Assembly (NCBI GenBank): GCA_965267575.1 | Contig: OZ254086.1 | Span: forward strand, 2,240,001 to 2,304,000 | Source: Calditrichales bacterium | GTDB taxonomy: Bacteria; Calditrichota; Calditrichia; Calditrichales; J004 | Reading direction: 5' to 3' | DNA length: 64,000 nucleotides | Shown here: positions 19,537-30,883 of the stretch, piece by piece | Numbering within the stretch: the first letter of the stretch is position 1 | Layout of the letters: each line of letters begins with the position of its first letter | Notes under the pieces: generated by a model | What the model saw: the letters and a program-made list of their open reading frames with translations, nothing else | What the model was told of the DNA's origin: nothing | The model's database searches: none | Made by a program: the position numbers and the translations under genes

Positions 19537-20915
19537 TGGCCCAAAAGGAGTATGATGTCGTTATTGTCGGGGCCGGCATTTCCGGGCTGGCCGCGGCACA
19601 CTTTCTGAAAAAGGCCGGAAAAAGCGTGGCCGTTATCGAAAAAGAAGATCGTGCCGGTGGCGTGATTGAAAGTGAGCAGAGCGACGGCTTTTTGATTGAA
19701 CACGGACCTAACAGCACCATGGGTGGCAAGGAGCCGGTGCAGCGTCTGATTGAGCAGGCCGGTCTTGCTGACAAGCAGCAGTTTGCCGCCGAAGAAGCCA
19801 AGTATCGCTACATTGTAAAAAAGGGCCGCCTGGTGGCCATACCGACAAGCCCGCAATCGTTTTTAAAAACACCGCTGTTTTCACTTTCCACAAAACTGGG
19901 GCTGCTTAAAGAGCCGTTTATTAAACCCGCGGGGCCGGACAAAAAAGAGACATTGGCCGAATTCGTTGAAAGACGCCTGGGGCGTGAATTCCTCGACTAC
20001 GCCATTGACCCGTTTGTAGCCGGGGTGTATGCCGGGAAGCCGCAAACGCTGATCGTAAAGAACGCTTTTAAACGGCTGTACGATCTGGAGCAGGAGCATG
20101 GCAGCCTGATTCGCGGGGCCATCAAACTGGCCAAAAAGCGCAAAAGCCAGGTTTCCGCCGGTCCCAGCGGACGCATTTTCTCCTTTGAAGGGGGCATGCA
20201 GACGATGACCGACCGGCTGGCGCACAACCTGGGCGACGATCTTTTTACGTCCGCCGCTATCTCCACCATTGATGAGGAAAACAATACTTTTACGATTGCT
20301 TTTAAGCGTGATGGGAAAGTGACGCGGCTTTCCGCAAAGGCCGTGCTTAGCACAGTGCCTTCCTACGATTTGCCACAACTGACGCTTGAAGTAAACAGAC
20401 GCCTGCTACAGCCCGTGGAGGAAATCCCCTACGCCAAGGTGGCCATGGTTTATTTTGGCTACAACAAAAAGCCGGACAACGTGCAGGCCAACGGTTTCGG
20501 CTTTCTGGTGCCTTCACTGGAGAAGCGCGAGATTTTGGGCACGCTGTGGAACTCGACGCTGTTTGCGGGTAGGGCGCCGCAGGGTGGTTTGGCGCTGAGC
20601 ACGTTTGTGGGTGGCAGTCGTCAGCCCGGGTTGACAGAAAAGGATGATGATGCCCTGAAGGAAATCGTGCAGCGTGAACTGGCCGACCTGATGGGGATTA
20701 AGGTTACGCCGGATTTTGTGCGCATTGTGCGCTGGCAAAAAGCAATACCGCAGTACACGGAGAAACAGGATGTGGCACTGCCGGCCATGGCTGCGATTGA
20801 GGAGAATAACCCGGGGCTGTTTATCGGCGGTAATTTCCGTGATGGCATCTCGGTTTCCGATTGCATTGTAAACGCGGAGAAACACGCGGAGAGGGTGGTT
20901 GCCTGGCTGAAATAG
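19536..20915 (+). CDS. hemG: FAD-dependent protoporphyrinogen oxidase (HemY type)
   Basis: VGAGISGL, EHGPNS, GVYAG, WQKAIPQY, GISVSDCI. Confidence 0.92.
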   Translation: MAQKEYDVVIVGAGISGLAAAHFLKKAGKSVAVIEKEDRAGGVIESEQSDGFLIEHGPNSTMGGKEPVQRLIEQAGLADKQQFAAEEAKYRYIVKKGRLVAIPTSPQSFLKTPLFSLSTKLGLLKEPFIKPAGPDKKETLAEFVERRLGREFLDYAIDPFVAGVYAGKPQTLIVKNAFKRLYDLEQEHGSLIRGAIKLAKKRKSQVSAGPSGRIFSFEGGMQTMTDRLAHNLGDDLFTSAAISTIDEENNTFTIAFKRDGKVTRLSAKAVLSTVPSYDLPQLTLEVNRRLLQPVEEIPYAKVAMVYFGYNKKPDNVQANGFGFLVPSLEKREILGTLWNSTLFAGRAPQGGLALSTFVGGSRQPGLTEKDDDALKEIVQRELADLMGIKVTPDFVRIVRWQKAIPQYTEKQDVALPAMAAIEENNPGLFIGGNFRDGISVSDCIVNAEKHAERVVAWLK

Positions 20916-20937
20916 CCTTTCCTTACGAGTTGAATTA

Positions 20938-21530
20938 TTTACCATGAAGAGCATGAAGGACATGAAGTGTTTAGAGATTGAAGAGCAAAAAGTGTCAATT
21001 ATTCTTCTGCTCCTTAATCCTTCAAGGTGAGTAAATATGAAAAGAGAATTTAGTGCTTTATCAAATAAGGTAATTGGCTGCGCAATTGAGGTGCATCGTA
21101 ATTTGGGGCCGGGCTTATTGGAGAGCACGTATCATCAGTGTTTGGCGCATGAGCTAAGAAATAGCAAAATAGAATATAAGTCTGAATACCAGCTGCCGGT
21201 TTTATACAAGGGACAGAAAATTGATTGCGGCTATCGCGTTGATCTGCTTATAGAAAGTGAATTGATTATTGAAATTAAGAGCGTAGAAAAGATTTTGCCC
21301 ATTCACGAGGCGCAACTTTTAACTTACATGAAGCTGGCAAAAATAAAACAGGGATTCTTAGTAAACTTCAACGTAAAACGTCTTACGAACGGCCTAAGAA
21401 GTTTCGTCCTATAAAAACCTTAAATATGAAGAGCATAAAGAACCCAAAGGTTTAACTAAGTGGAGAAGCAAGGAAGCCAAGGTGATAAAAACTTCCTATT
21501 CTTCATGCCCTTCATGTCCTTCATGGTGAA
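20938..21530. repeat. 30-bp inverted arms of 9-mer (CATGAAGnn) repeats flanking the GxxExxY gene
   Basis: 20938-20967 matches the reverse complement of 21501-21530 at 26/30 positions; degenerate inner arms at 21004-21030 and 21424-21449. Confidence 0.9.
21037..21414 (+). CDS. GxxExxY protein (PD-(D/E)xK nuclease-like fold)
   Basis: LGPGLLESTY, YRVDLLIE, IEIKS, QLLTYMKL, GFLVNFN; lower GC than the hem genes. Confidence 0.93.
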   Translation: MKREFSALSNKVIGCAIEVHRNLGPGLLESTYHQCLAHELRNSKIEYKSEYQLPVLYKGQKIDCGYRVDLLIESELIIEIKSVEKILPIHEAQLLTYMKLAKIKQGFLVNFNVKRLTNGLRSFVL

Positions 21531-21550
21531 TAAAAAGAAAGAAGACGCAA

Positions 21551-22525
21551 ATGGAATTTAAACCTTATTACAGGCCGCGGCGGCTGCGCAAAAACGCACT
21601 GATCCGTGGGATGGTGCGTGAAACCACGCTTACGATGGATGACCTTATTTTGCCGCTGTTTGTTACGGCGGGCAAGGAGTCCAAGCCTATTAGTAGCATG
21701 CCGGGGCATTCCCAGTTGACGCTGGATGATTTGAAAAAGGAAGTCAAAGAGCTGGAAAAGATGGGCGTGAAAGCGATCATCCTGTTTGGCATACCGGCGC
21801 TGAAGGATGCCGATGGCAGCGATGTGCGCAGCAGCGACGGTATCATCGCCCAGGCGTTGCGGGTGATCAAAGATATCAATCCCAACCTGTATGTGATTAC
21901 CGATGTCTGTTTTTGCGAGTACACCGACCACGGGCACTGTGGGCACCTGACCCCGGACGGCGATGTGGACAACGACGCCACGCTGGAGATGCTGCAGGAG
22001 CAGGTGATCGTGCAGGCGCAGAACGGCGTGGACATGGTGGCGCCATCGGGGATGATGGACGGTATGATTGCCGCCATCCGTGAAGGGCTGGATGAAAACG
22101 GTTTTGAAGATATCCCGATTATGAGCTATGCCGCCAAGTACGCTTCCGGTTTTTACGGTCCCTTCCGCGAAGCGGCGGAATCGACACCGGCTTTTGGCGA
22201 CCGTGCCAGCTACCAGATGGACCCGGCCAACGCCATGGAAGCGGTGCGTGAGATGGAGCTGGACGTGGAAGAGGGCGCCGATATTTTGATGGTAAAACCG
22301 GCCATGCCTTACCTGGACATCATCCGCGTGGCCCGCGAGCGTTTTGAACTGCCCGTGGCCGCTTACCAGGTTTCGGGTGAGTTTGCCATGATCAAGGCCG
22401 CCGCCGAAAAGGGTTGGCTGGACCATGACCGTGTGGCCCTGGAATCACTGATGGCCATTAAACGCGCCGGCGCTGATTTGATTTTGAGCTATTTTACAAA
22501 GGAAGCCGTGCGCTGGATTGGGTGA
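21551..22525 (+). CDS. hemB: Porphobilinogen synthase (Zn-type)
   Basis: [38 protein letters not shown]. Confidence 0.97.
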   Translation: MEFKPYYRPRRLRKNALIRGMVRETTLTMDDLILPLFVTAGKESKPISSMPGHSQLTLDDLKKEVKELEKMGVKAIILFGIPALKDADGSDVRSSDGIIAQALRVIKDINPNLYVITDVCFCEYTDHGHCGHLTPDGDVDNDATLEMLQEQVIVQAQNGVDMVAPSGMMDGMIAAIREGLDENGFEDIPIMSYAAKYASGFYGPFREAAESTPAFGDRASYQMDPANAMEAVREMELDVEEGADILMVKPAMPYLDIIRVARERFELPVAAYQVSGEFAMIKAAAEKGWLDHDRVALESLMAIKRAGADLILSYFTKEAVRWIG

Positions 22526-22530
22526 TTCAT

Positions 22531-22940
22531 TGCACCATGAAGGACAGGAAGAGTATGGAGCCGGATGCGTTGTCATCCCGGCCTTCGCGCCGGGATCTTT
22601 GGTGGTTTGAGTCTTGATTGTCATCTCTAATCCGCGTAGCGGTGAGAGATCCAGGGTTTAGCATACTCCCGGATTTCTTAACATTTACAGAAATGACAGG
22701 GTGGGCGTGTGAACCCATCCCCCGGCCCCTTCCCTTGTTCCAAAGGAAGGGGAGAAAAACGCCTTTGGTAAATATCGGGTGTAACGGGATGTGATTCCGG
22801 TTGAGCATGATCCCGGATTTCTCACGTTCGTTCGAAATGACATAAAGATGCTGAAATGAATTCAGCATGACGTTCCTGGCGTCATCCCGAACTTGTTTCG
22901 GGATCTAATGCTTCATGACCTTCATGCTCTTCATGGTGAA
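22531..22940. repeat. Gene-less copy of the 9-mer inverted arms enclosing a GTCA-type REP/REPIN cluster
   Basis: Arms at 22531-22560 and 22911-22940; internal palindromes at 22571-22598, 22619-22698, 22714-22753, 22815-22842, 22846-22871 and 22881-22906. Confidence 0.88.
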
Positions 22941-22961
22941 CAAAAAATTTAAGGAGTAAAA

Positions 22962-24254
<1,293 letters not shown>

Positions 24255-24300
24255 GACTTAAGATTAAAGATGAAAGATTAAAAGCGAAGAGTTTGGAAGG

Positions 24301-24324
24301 GCCCGCCGGTTGGCGGGCTTTTTT
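24301..24324 (+). terminator. Rho-independent terminator of the hem operon
   Basis: GCCCGCC-GGTT-GGCGGGC hairpin followed by TTTTTT. Confidence 0.85.
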
Positions 24325-24351
24325 ATTAAGGAATTATTCTAGTTGGTTCGG

Positions 24352-25050
24352 CTAACAAATAACATCAGGCCAGCTTATTATGCCGGCAAGATATTCATTA
24401 ATTACTATTCTAATTTCAACACCAGAATTCTGTGATGCCAAATACCTATATACGCCAGGTTGAACGACAATCCATCCGTGATCATTAATATCAATTCCGG
24501 TAAATAATCGGGTCATAGCTCTGCTTCCTACTTCAGGAAACAAGCTTGATTCGGGCTGCGCTTCAAATTCAAATCTTGTTTTTTCATCTAAAGCACACAA
24601 TGGAAAAAGCGAAACGGAATCAGGTTTTATATAAACCGGTAAATGCAACTCGAACAAAGAATGGCCCTTTGCAAGTTTCGTTATGACGTTTTGTATTCGT
24701 TCCGTTTCAGGTGTGAAAATTATTTCGTTGTTTTCTTTTATTATAGAATTCTGAATCCTTGCACGAAGGGATCCTTTCTTTCTCAGAATCCTTGCTATCC
24801 TTTTTCTCATTATCAAATCTGGATCAGTGGAACCTGATAAAACGCATGCCATTAAACAAGCCATATACTCTTCATCAGCCGAAAAACTGTTATTGCATTC
24901 TACGCATGCAGGCACCACCGGCAAATTGTCCGGGTAGGGTTGGTCAAGCAAAATCTTAGACGGACAATGATCTCTTGTTCCCGTCTTTCCGCCGCAAAAA
25001 GCGCAGAAGCCGATTTCTCTTTGATCACCGTAACTTCTAATTTGCTTCAT
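24352..25050 (-). CDS. HNH endonuclease-domain protein
   Basis: CAFCG..TRDHCPSK...VVPACVECNN (CxxC / DH / CxxCN). Confidence 0.8.
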   Translation of the reverse strand: MKQIRSYGDQREIGFCAFCGGKTGTRDHCPSKILLDQPYPDNLPVVPACVECNNSFSADEEYMACLMACVLSGSTDPDLIMRKRIARILRKKGSLRARIQNSIIKENNEIIFTPETERIQNVITKLAKGHSLFELHLPVYIKPDSVSLFPLCALDEKTRFEFEAQPESSLFPEVGSRAMTRLFTGIDINDHGWIVVQPGVYRYLASQNSGVEIRIVINEYLAGIISWPDVIC

Positions 25051-25486
25051 TTTTGTTCAGCAAAAATTTGGCTACAATAAGGCTGGATAAGGTTGACAGT
25101 GTGCGTTTTCTAATAGTCTCGTTTTTTAATTCGCATTGCCACACGGTTAATACCTTCCAACCGGCTTTTTTCAGTTCGGTTGATTTAACCTTGTCTCGCT
25201 CAACGGTTTTGGAGATTTTCTCTTTCCAGAATTTTGTGTTTGTGGCGGGCAATGAGGCCTGAGGACATCCTCTATGTCCATGCCAGAAACAACCGTGTAC
25301 AAAAATTACTGTTTTATATTTGGGCAAAACAATATCCGGTTTACCGGGTAGCTCCTTAACGTTTTTTCTAAATCTGAAGCCTTCCGCAAACAAGTAAGAA
25401 CGAACCAATATTTCAGGCGTTGTTTCCTGCCCATTAATATTTGACATAATTTTAGATCGCTTATGCTTAGAATATATATCTGTCAT
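25037..25486 (-). CDS. vsr: Very short patch repair endonuclease
   Basis: D..SKHKRSKIMS, LPGKPDIV, FVHGCFWHGH, VWQCE. Confidence 0.95.
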   Translation of the reverse strand: MTDIYSKHKRSKIMSNINGQETTPEILVRSYLFAEGFRFRKNVKELPGKPDIVLPKYKTVIFVHGCFWHGHRGCPQASLPATNTKFWKEKISKTVERDKVKSTELKKAGWKVLTVWQCELKNETIRKRTLSTLSSLIVAKFLLNKNEAN

Positions 25487-26742
25487 CTAATAATTGACAA
25501 TCCTAATCTAGCAGTATGAGATGCCATTTTTTGTAATACATCGGCAAAAAGCTTTTCTTTAACCCTAAATAGTAATTTATACTTGTTTTCATCATTTAGT
25601 TCTTCTTTAGAAATAAATCCCAGTATTCTAAAATCGAAAACTATTATTTGAGGTTCGTTTTTGCCCTCTAAGAAAATAGGCCACAATTCTTTATAGAAGC
25701 TATCTGGCAACTGTCTTTTTGAATTGCAAGTATGATAATACCCTGCAAGGACTCTAGGACTTTTAGATTTATTGTTCGCATAATCGCAAGGCGGTGTCAT
25801 CTCAATTATAATAGGTGAGGCGCCCTCGGGAAGCTCACCATATCTAAAAGAGTTCTCTTTTTGCATTACTTCATATACGTTTCCAGGAATAACTTTATTT
25901 TGCGATATATGCACTTGATCAACTAATAAACTTGAATTTATTTTTGCATAAATCTTATATAATTCTGCAGAAACCGTTTTTTTTGTCTCTGCTTTTATTG
26001 ATTTATTTTCGTTGTCTAAATACTCTATTTCACTCGTTTTTGTAAATAAAGTGAAATTTTCCGAGATGGAATTAATATTATATACTAACATGTCATTGAA
26101 TGCTTTTATTGCATCAATACTTAAAGGATAATCGTCAAGCTCTTGCAAACTAATTCCAGTATAATTCTGAGCCAACTTAAATAACAAAAACTCTAAATTC
26201 TTATCCTGTTTTGTGTAATCAGGAACTAGGTCAAATATCGAAGAAATAGCATTGTCACGACCTTGATTTACTAACCTACTCCAGCTAATAAAAAAATGTG
26301 CTGCGATACTCTCTCTTAATTCATTATCTAGATCATTTAACAGATTATCGTAGCCATCCCTTAAGTATTTTTGCTTATCTAAACCACAAATAAAGAGCGG
26401 TAGCGAATAGGTATCTTTATCAAGTTGAAGTTTTTCTTTAATTGTATCAATATGATGCTGGTGGTTAGTCCAAACAACAAGGCCATATGTGCCAAAGTTT
26501 TTCCCAACAATATTTTTAAAAATTTTTCTTATTTCTGCAATATGACCTTTCAATTCCGTTGCAGTATTACTCAGATATATATCCAAAAAAATAATTTTAC
26601 GATTTTTCAGCTCCTTTACGCAATCTTCAGGCAGCTTATGCTTTACCCAAATGTCATTTTCTTCAAGCAGTTCTTTTAACTTCTGAATTTCTTCAGGCTT
26701 ATCATCAATAATTAAAGCGCTATCAATAAATTCTAATACCAT
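25483..26742 (-). CDS. Receiver (REC)-domain protein with uncharacterised C-terminal domain
   Basis: ALIIDD, IIFLDIYL (Asp acceptor), VVWT, DK; C-terminal EMTPPCDY motif. Confidence 0.75.
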   Translation of the reverse strand: MVLEFIDSALIIDDKPEEIQKLKELLEENDIWVKHKLPEDCVKELKNRKIIFLDIYLSNTATELKGHIAEIRKIFKNIVGKNFGTYGLVVWTNHQHHIDTIKEKLQLDKDTYSLPLFICGLDKQKYLRDGYDNLLNDLDNELRESIAAHFFISWSRLVNQGRDNAISSIFDLVPDYTKQDKNLEFLLFKLAQNYTGISLQELDDYPLSIDAIKAFNDMLVYNINSISENFTLFTKTSEIEYLDNENKSIKAETKKTVSAELYKIYAKINSSLLVDQVHISQNKVIPGNVYEVMQKENSFRYGELPEGASPIIIEMTPPCDYANNKSKSPRVLAGYYHTCNSKRQLPDSFYKELWPIFLEGKNEPQIIVFDFRILGFISKEELNDENKYKLLFRVKEKLFADVLQKMASHTARLGLSIIR

Positions 26743-26751
26743 ATCTTTTTC

Positions 26752-28830
26752 TTATTTTGGAAAACACAAAGCAATAATTGCTTGAGTTATTTTTTTACTT
26801 TTTACGAGTTCAGAAAACTCAATATCGTATTCGTCAATAAAAAGTAGATTACCCTTCATACTTTTCATCATTTCATTGGCTATATGTAAGCCTAGACCCG
26901 AGCCTATATTGTGAGGCTTGCCCGTGATAAAGGGATTAATTGCTATCTCGATAGGAATAGTAAAGCCCGGTCCGTTGTCTGAGACGACAATAGAATTATA
27001 TCCTTTTATTTGGTCTGTAATAAATACGGAGATCCTTTTGTTCATCGTCTGTGAATAGCTTAGCCAATATATTGAATTATCTAAGAGATTTGTTAAAACT
27101 GATATTGATTCAGATTCAGCAAACATCGCAAAAAGCTTGTTTTCTTGGTAGTTGGTGACGATTTCAATTTCGTGGTCTTTGAATCGAAATTCATAATTTT
27201 CAAGCGCGATTTTGACTACCTTGGACAATTGGCCTTTTTGAATGTGAGATTTTTTTATCATTGCTGAATAACCGCGTATTATTTTTTCCAACATTAAAGA
27301 AATGCTGATAGCCTTATTTAAATCGCGGTTATTAATACTACCGGTTAATTGCGATATTAGTTTTTCTATTTCATGAATAACAACACTTAGGTTCAAACCA
27401 GCATTTGCACTTTTTATTAAAATCTCTTTTACATCTTTATATTGAGAATTGATATTTGCTAAGTATTTTAATAATTGATTTTTTATTTCTATATCTTCTA
27501 TTTTTGTTTCAACTATTTCGATAGCTTCGTTTAAGTCTGATAAGACCGGCTCCGATACCTTATGCTTTTTATAAAGAATCGTTAAGCGTTCTTTATCATA
27601 ATTTCGTTCTCTTACGAATAAGTGTAATGCGTATCTTACTGCAGTTGCAAAAGCCGTATAGGCAATATCTTCGACAAAACCTTCCCTATTAGTTTTTTCT
27701 TTGAGGTCAGTGCTTTTTTCTCGTTTTAATTTAACTGCTCCAATAATAATATTATTACTTACATTTCCACCTAGTTTTCCAACTCTTTTTATGTCAATTT
27801 CTAGCCAATCATTGTCCGGCTCACCATAGTTATAGACTCTTACTCCATCTCTATAAACCCTTATACCGCCGTTTTCTCGTAAATATGTATTTATGGTCTT
27901 TTTTTCACCAGTGACATAGTTGAAAATTTCCGGTGCTCTATCAAAAATCATAATATTAAATTCAACAGGACCAATCTTAAATTTATTAAGGTTAATGCGT
28001 TTGCCTTCTTCATCAACGATCTCTAAATCGATGTCCTTAAAATCCTCAAGATTTTTTATTCTTCCTGATTCTATTTTAGATAATGAAGTCCAGGGTCGAA
28101 ATTCATATTTGATATTAATTATTTGATTGCCGTCAAGTGTACACTTACCAAAATATAATGCTGCGCTTTTTATTTCTTCGAAAGCAGGTAATCCTTCAAA
28201 TAAATCGTCTCTATTACTATTAATAATAACCTTAAAATTATCGTTGCTTTCATCAAAAGGACTATTTAATGAAGTTAAAGCTCTATATGTATTTCTTAAT
28301 TGTCTCTTATCCCAAACAGTTTTTAAATCTTCTATTATTATTTTTGTACCTGTATTATTGGCAAATTCTACATCATCATTCTTCTCAATGTTAATTTTAA
28401 AATCGTTTATATCTTTTATATAATCGAGCATTTTCCAGTCTATGTCTAATTGAACTCCCGGTGAGTCCTGCATTTTGCTAACTAGTTTTATCTTATTTCC
28501 GAGCTTATGAACCCCTAAACGTCCAATACCCTTTTCCCCTAGCGGTATTCTCTTGCAAGTATTCGGCCTAATGTTTTTGTATTTATTATCAGTTCCAATG
28601 GTTAACCAGTGCTCTTCAATAATATTACTGTTCATTCCCAAGCCATTGTCTTTTACAATTATTTTATTAAGAATGCCATTATCACCTACTATGAAGTTAA
28701 CCTTACACTCATTAGCACAAGCATCATATGCGTTTTTAACAAGTTCCAGCAATGCGATGCTTTCACTCTTTATTAAATCTTCGCCCAAATGAGATAATAT
28801 TCTAGGAGATATGGAAAATGGTTTTTTCAT
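26752..28830 (-). CDS. MORC/MutL-like GHKL ATPase fused to a histidine kinase module
   Basis: N-terminal ELVKNAYDA, DNGLGM, GEKGIGRLG, GTKI, TNREGF; C-terminal VIHEI (H-box), NLLDNS, DNGPG, PFITGK, GSGLGL. Confidence 0.88.
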   Translation of the reverse strand: MKKPFSISPRILSHLGEDLIKSESIALLELVKNAYDACANECKVNFIVGDNGILNKIIVKDNGLGMNSNIIEEHWLTIGTDNKYKNIRPNTCKRIPLGEKGIGRLGVHKLGNKIKLVSKMQDSPGVQLDIDWKMLDYIKDINDFKINIEKNDDVEFANNTGTKIIIEDLKTVWDKRQLRNTYRALTSLNSPFDESNDNFKVIINSNRDDLFEGLPAFEEIKSAALYFGKCTLDGNQIINIKYEFRPWTSLSKIESGRIKNLEDFKDIDLEIVDEEGKRINLNKFKIGPVEFNIMIFDRAPEIFNYVTGEKKTINTYLRENGGIRVYRDGVRVYNYGEPDNDWLEIDIKRVGKLGGNVSNNIIIGAVKLKREKSTDLKEKTNREGFVEDIAYTAFATAVRYALHLFVRERNYDKERLTILYKKHKVSEPVLSDLNEAIEIVETKIEDIEIKNQLLKYLANINSQYKDVKEILIKSANAGLNLSVVIHEIEKLISQLTGSINNRDLNKAISISLMLEKIIRGYSAMIKKSHIQKGQLSKVVKIALENYEFRFKDHEIEIVTNYQENKLFAMFAESESISVLTNLLDNSIYWLSYSQTMNKRISVFITDQIKGYNSIVVSDNGPGFTIPIEIAINPFITGKPHNIGSGLGLHIANEMMKSMKGNLLFIDEYDIEFSELVKSKKITQAIIALCFPK

Positions 28831-29897
28831 CACGTTTCCGTTTGATCTATTATCGCTTTGCCAACTCTCTTGGCATATTCGGGAGGAACCGCATTGCCAA
28901 TTATCTTAGCCGTTATCGCAATGCTTTTTGCTTTAAAAATATAGCTTTTAGGAAAAGTCTGAAGCGTTGCTCCCTCGCGTAATGATAATGCTCTGTTTTC
29001 TTCTGGATGACCGAAACGCCCGTTTGACAAACTGTGAAACTTAGTCGTTATTGTTGGGGCGGGCTTGTCCCAATATATTCTTCCATATGTATCTACAAAA
29101 GAATTAGAATCTCTATTCTTATATGTTTCTAACTGTAAGTCAGTGTTTGCCCAATCTGATCTTGTACCGCCATCTTTTTTTGTAGAACAAATTCTCTTCA
29201 GGTTTTTTTCGCTTAAGCCCGATGCAGTGTGCATAAAGTTAGTATAATCTTTGTGACCGCAAGATATTTTGGGGAATCCATTTCTTAAACCTATAAAATC
29301 TCTTACAACAGGAGGGTGGCCAATATCCTCTTTAGGAAAAATTCCTTTTTTAATAACTCTTGATGCTATTAATGTAAATCTTTTTCTAATCTGAGGTACG
29401 CCAAACTTATTTAGATTGACTATTTTATGTTCTACTTTAAAATCCATATTTTTAAGCGCTTTAATAAATAGTTCAATGCCGCTTTCGGATCGCCTAGTCC
29501 AGATTCCTGGAACGTTTTCAACAACCACATAGCCTGGTTTATAATGGCTTATAAAACGCAGAAAATCAAATAGCAGATTTTTGGATTTGCTTGAATTATC
29601 TTTGTTGGTATTTAATTTTGTCCAAAATTGACAAGGACTACAGCCAACAAAAATCATACTATCATCATTAATACTAATTTCGACGTAATCAGTTAAACTT
29701 TTTTCGCTTAGTCTTGTAATGTCGGCGTGAATAAATTTTGCCTGTTTTAGGTTTGCCTCATATGTATCTCTGCATGTTATATCAATATCAAGTCCAGCAA
29801 TTACATCAACACCGGCCTGCTGTAATCCAAAACTCATTCCGCCACCTGAACAGAAGAAGTCGATTGCCTTGATTTTATTACTGCGATTCAAAAACAT
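28830..29897 (-). CDS. dcm: DNA (cytosine-5)-methyltransferase
   Basis: DFFCSGGG (motif I), SPCQ (IV), ENVP (VI), PQIRKR (VIII), IGNAVPP (X). Confidence 0.95.
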   Translation of the reverse strand: MFLNRSNKIKAIDFFCSGGGMSFGLQQAGVDVIAGLDIDITCRDTYEANLKQAKFIHADITRLSEKSLTDYVEISINDDSMIFVGCSPCQFWTKLNTNKDNSSKSKNLLFDFLRFISHYKPGYVVVENVPGIWTRRSESGIELFIKALKNMDFKVEHKIVNLNKFGVPQIRKRFTLIASRVIKKGIFPKEDIGHPPVVRDFIGLRNGFPKISCGHKDYTNFMHTASGLSEKNLKRICSTKKDGGTRSDWANTDLQLETYKNRDSNSFVDTYGRIYWDKPAPTITTKFHSLSNGRFGHPEENRALSLREGATLQTFPKSYIFKAKSIAITAKIIGNAVPPEYAKRVGKAIIDQTET

Positions 29898-30059
29898 ATT
29901 TTTAACTGGTAAGAGTTTGCGTAAATCTTAATGGGCAAATGATAGATGAATTTAGTATTCAGCGCAATACTGTTGTAAGCTTTTTCCTTTGACAAAATAA
30001 TATTTCTTAAAGTAACACTTATCTTTTTAACCCTATTAAAGCACTGCCCAAATCAGCTA

Positions 30060-30551
30060 TCATTCTCCCTTCTTCTCCACCGAGCTGGCGTGGTCTTTTA
30101 TCACGTACCAGGTGCCGTTTTCCTTGCGCAGGGCGTAGCTCACGCTCATGCGGTTGAAATAGGGTTTGCCGTGGCGCTCGGGCTCGCGGTACAAAATTTC
30201 CGTGGTGGCCAGGGCCAGCTCCTGCCCGACTTCCAGTTTCAGTATCTGCCAGTCAAAACTCCAGCCCGTTTCTTTGAACCAGACTTCGTGCATCTCCACA
30301 AAACTTTGCACGTCGCCGCTGATTTCTTGTCCGGGCAAAATAAGCTCCATCTCGCCGCTGGGGGAAAGGGTATTTTTCAGCGTGGGCAAATCCTTACTGG
30401 CGATGGCGCGCAGGTGTGTTTCCAGCACCAGCCGGGCTTCGGTGGTAGCGCGTTCCTTGTTGGGCGGGGCCGTGCAGGCGCAAAGCAGAAGCGTGGCGGC
30501 AAAAAGAAAGGCCAAAGCTGTAGGTTGAAGCCGGGGATATGTCATTGTCAT
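30060..30551 (-). CDS. NTF2/SnoaL-like (DUF4440-type) lipoprotein
   Basis: Signal peptide with LCAC lipobox; C-terminal RKENGTWYVIKDHAS. Confidence 0.7.
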   Translation of the reverse strand: MTMTYPRLQPTALAFLFAATLLLCACTAPPNKERATTEARLVLETHLRAIASKDLPTLKNTLSPSGEMELILPGQEISGDVQSFVEMHEVWFKETGWSFDWQILKLEVGQELALATTEILYREPERHGKPYFNRMSVSYALRKENGTWYVIKDHASSVEKKGE

Positions 30552-30712
30552 TACTCGCGTTAGTAAGCATCAATAATAGGAGATATTTCAATAACGGGCA
30601 ATGGTGGATTTTTGAACGGTCTAAAAATATTTAAGAGAATACAACCTGGATAGTATTCGATCGGATGGTATACGACGAAGCTAACCTATGGCGTTGGCCC
30701 CGTTTTGAAATT

Positions 30713-30883
30713 TTACTTTTCAGCTTTTCTGCTTTTATGCATTGAGGGGTGTAGAGGCTTTTTCTTTTTAAGATACTCAGAGAGCTCTTTGTAAGACATA
30801 TTCTTTATATCGTCACTGATTTTTTCCCTGATGTCTCGAAGCTGCCGGATGACAGATTGTTTAGCTTTTGGCTTAGTCTTCAT
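30713..30883 (-). CDS. Putative antitoxin, 56 aa (absent from ORF track)
   Basis: Translates to MKTKPKAKQSVIRQLRDIREKISDDIKNMSYKELSEYLKKKKPLHPSMHKSRKAEK; start overlaps the PIN gene end. Confidence 0.65.
   Translation of the reverse strand: MKTKPKAKQSVIRQLRDIREKISDDIKNMSYKELSEYLKKKKPLHPSMHKSRKAEK

Noticed and set aside
22527-22868. 113-aa ORF between hemB and hemL (similarly 55826-56097 and 58812-58994)
   Set aside because: These are translations of REP clusters
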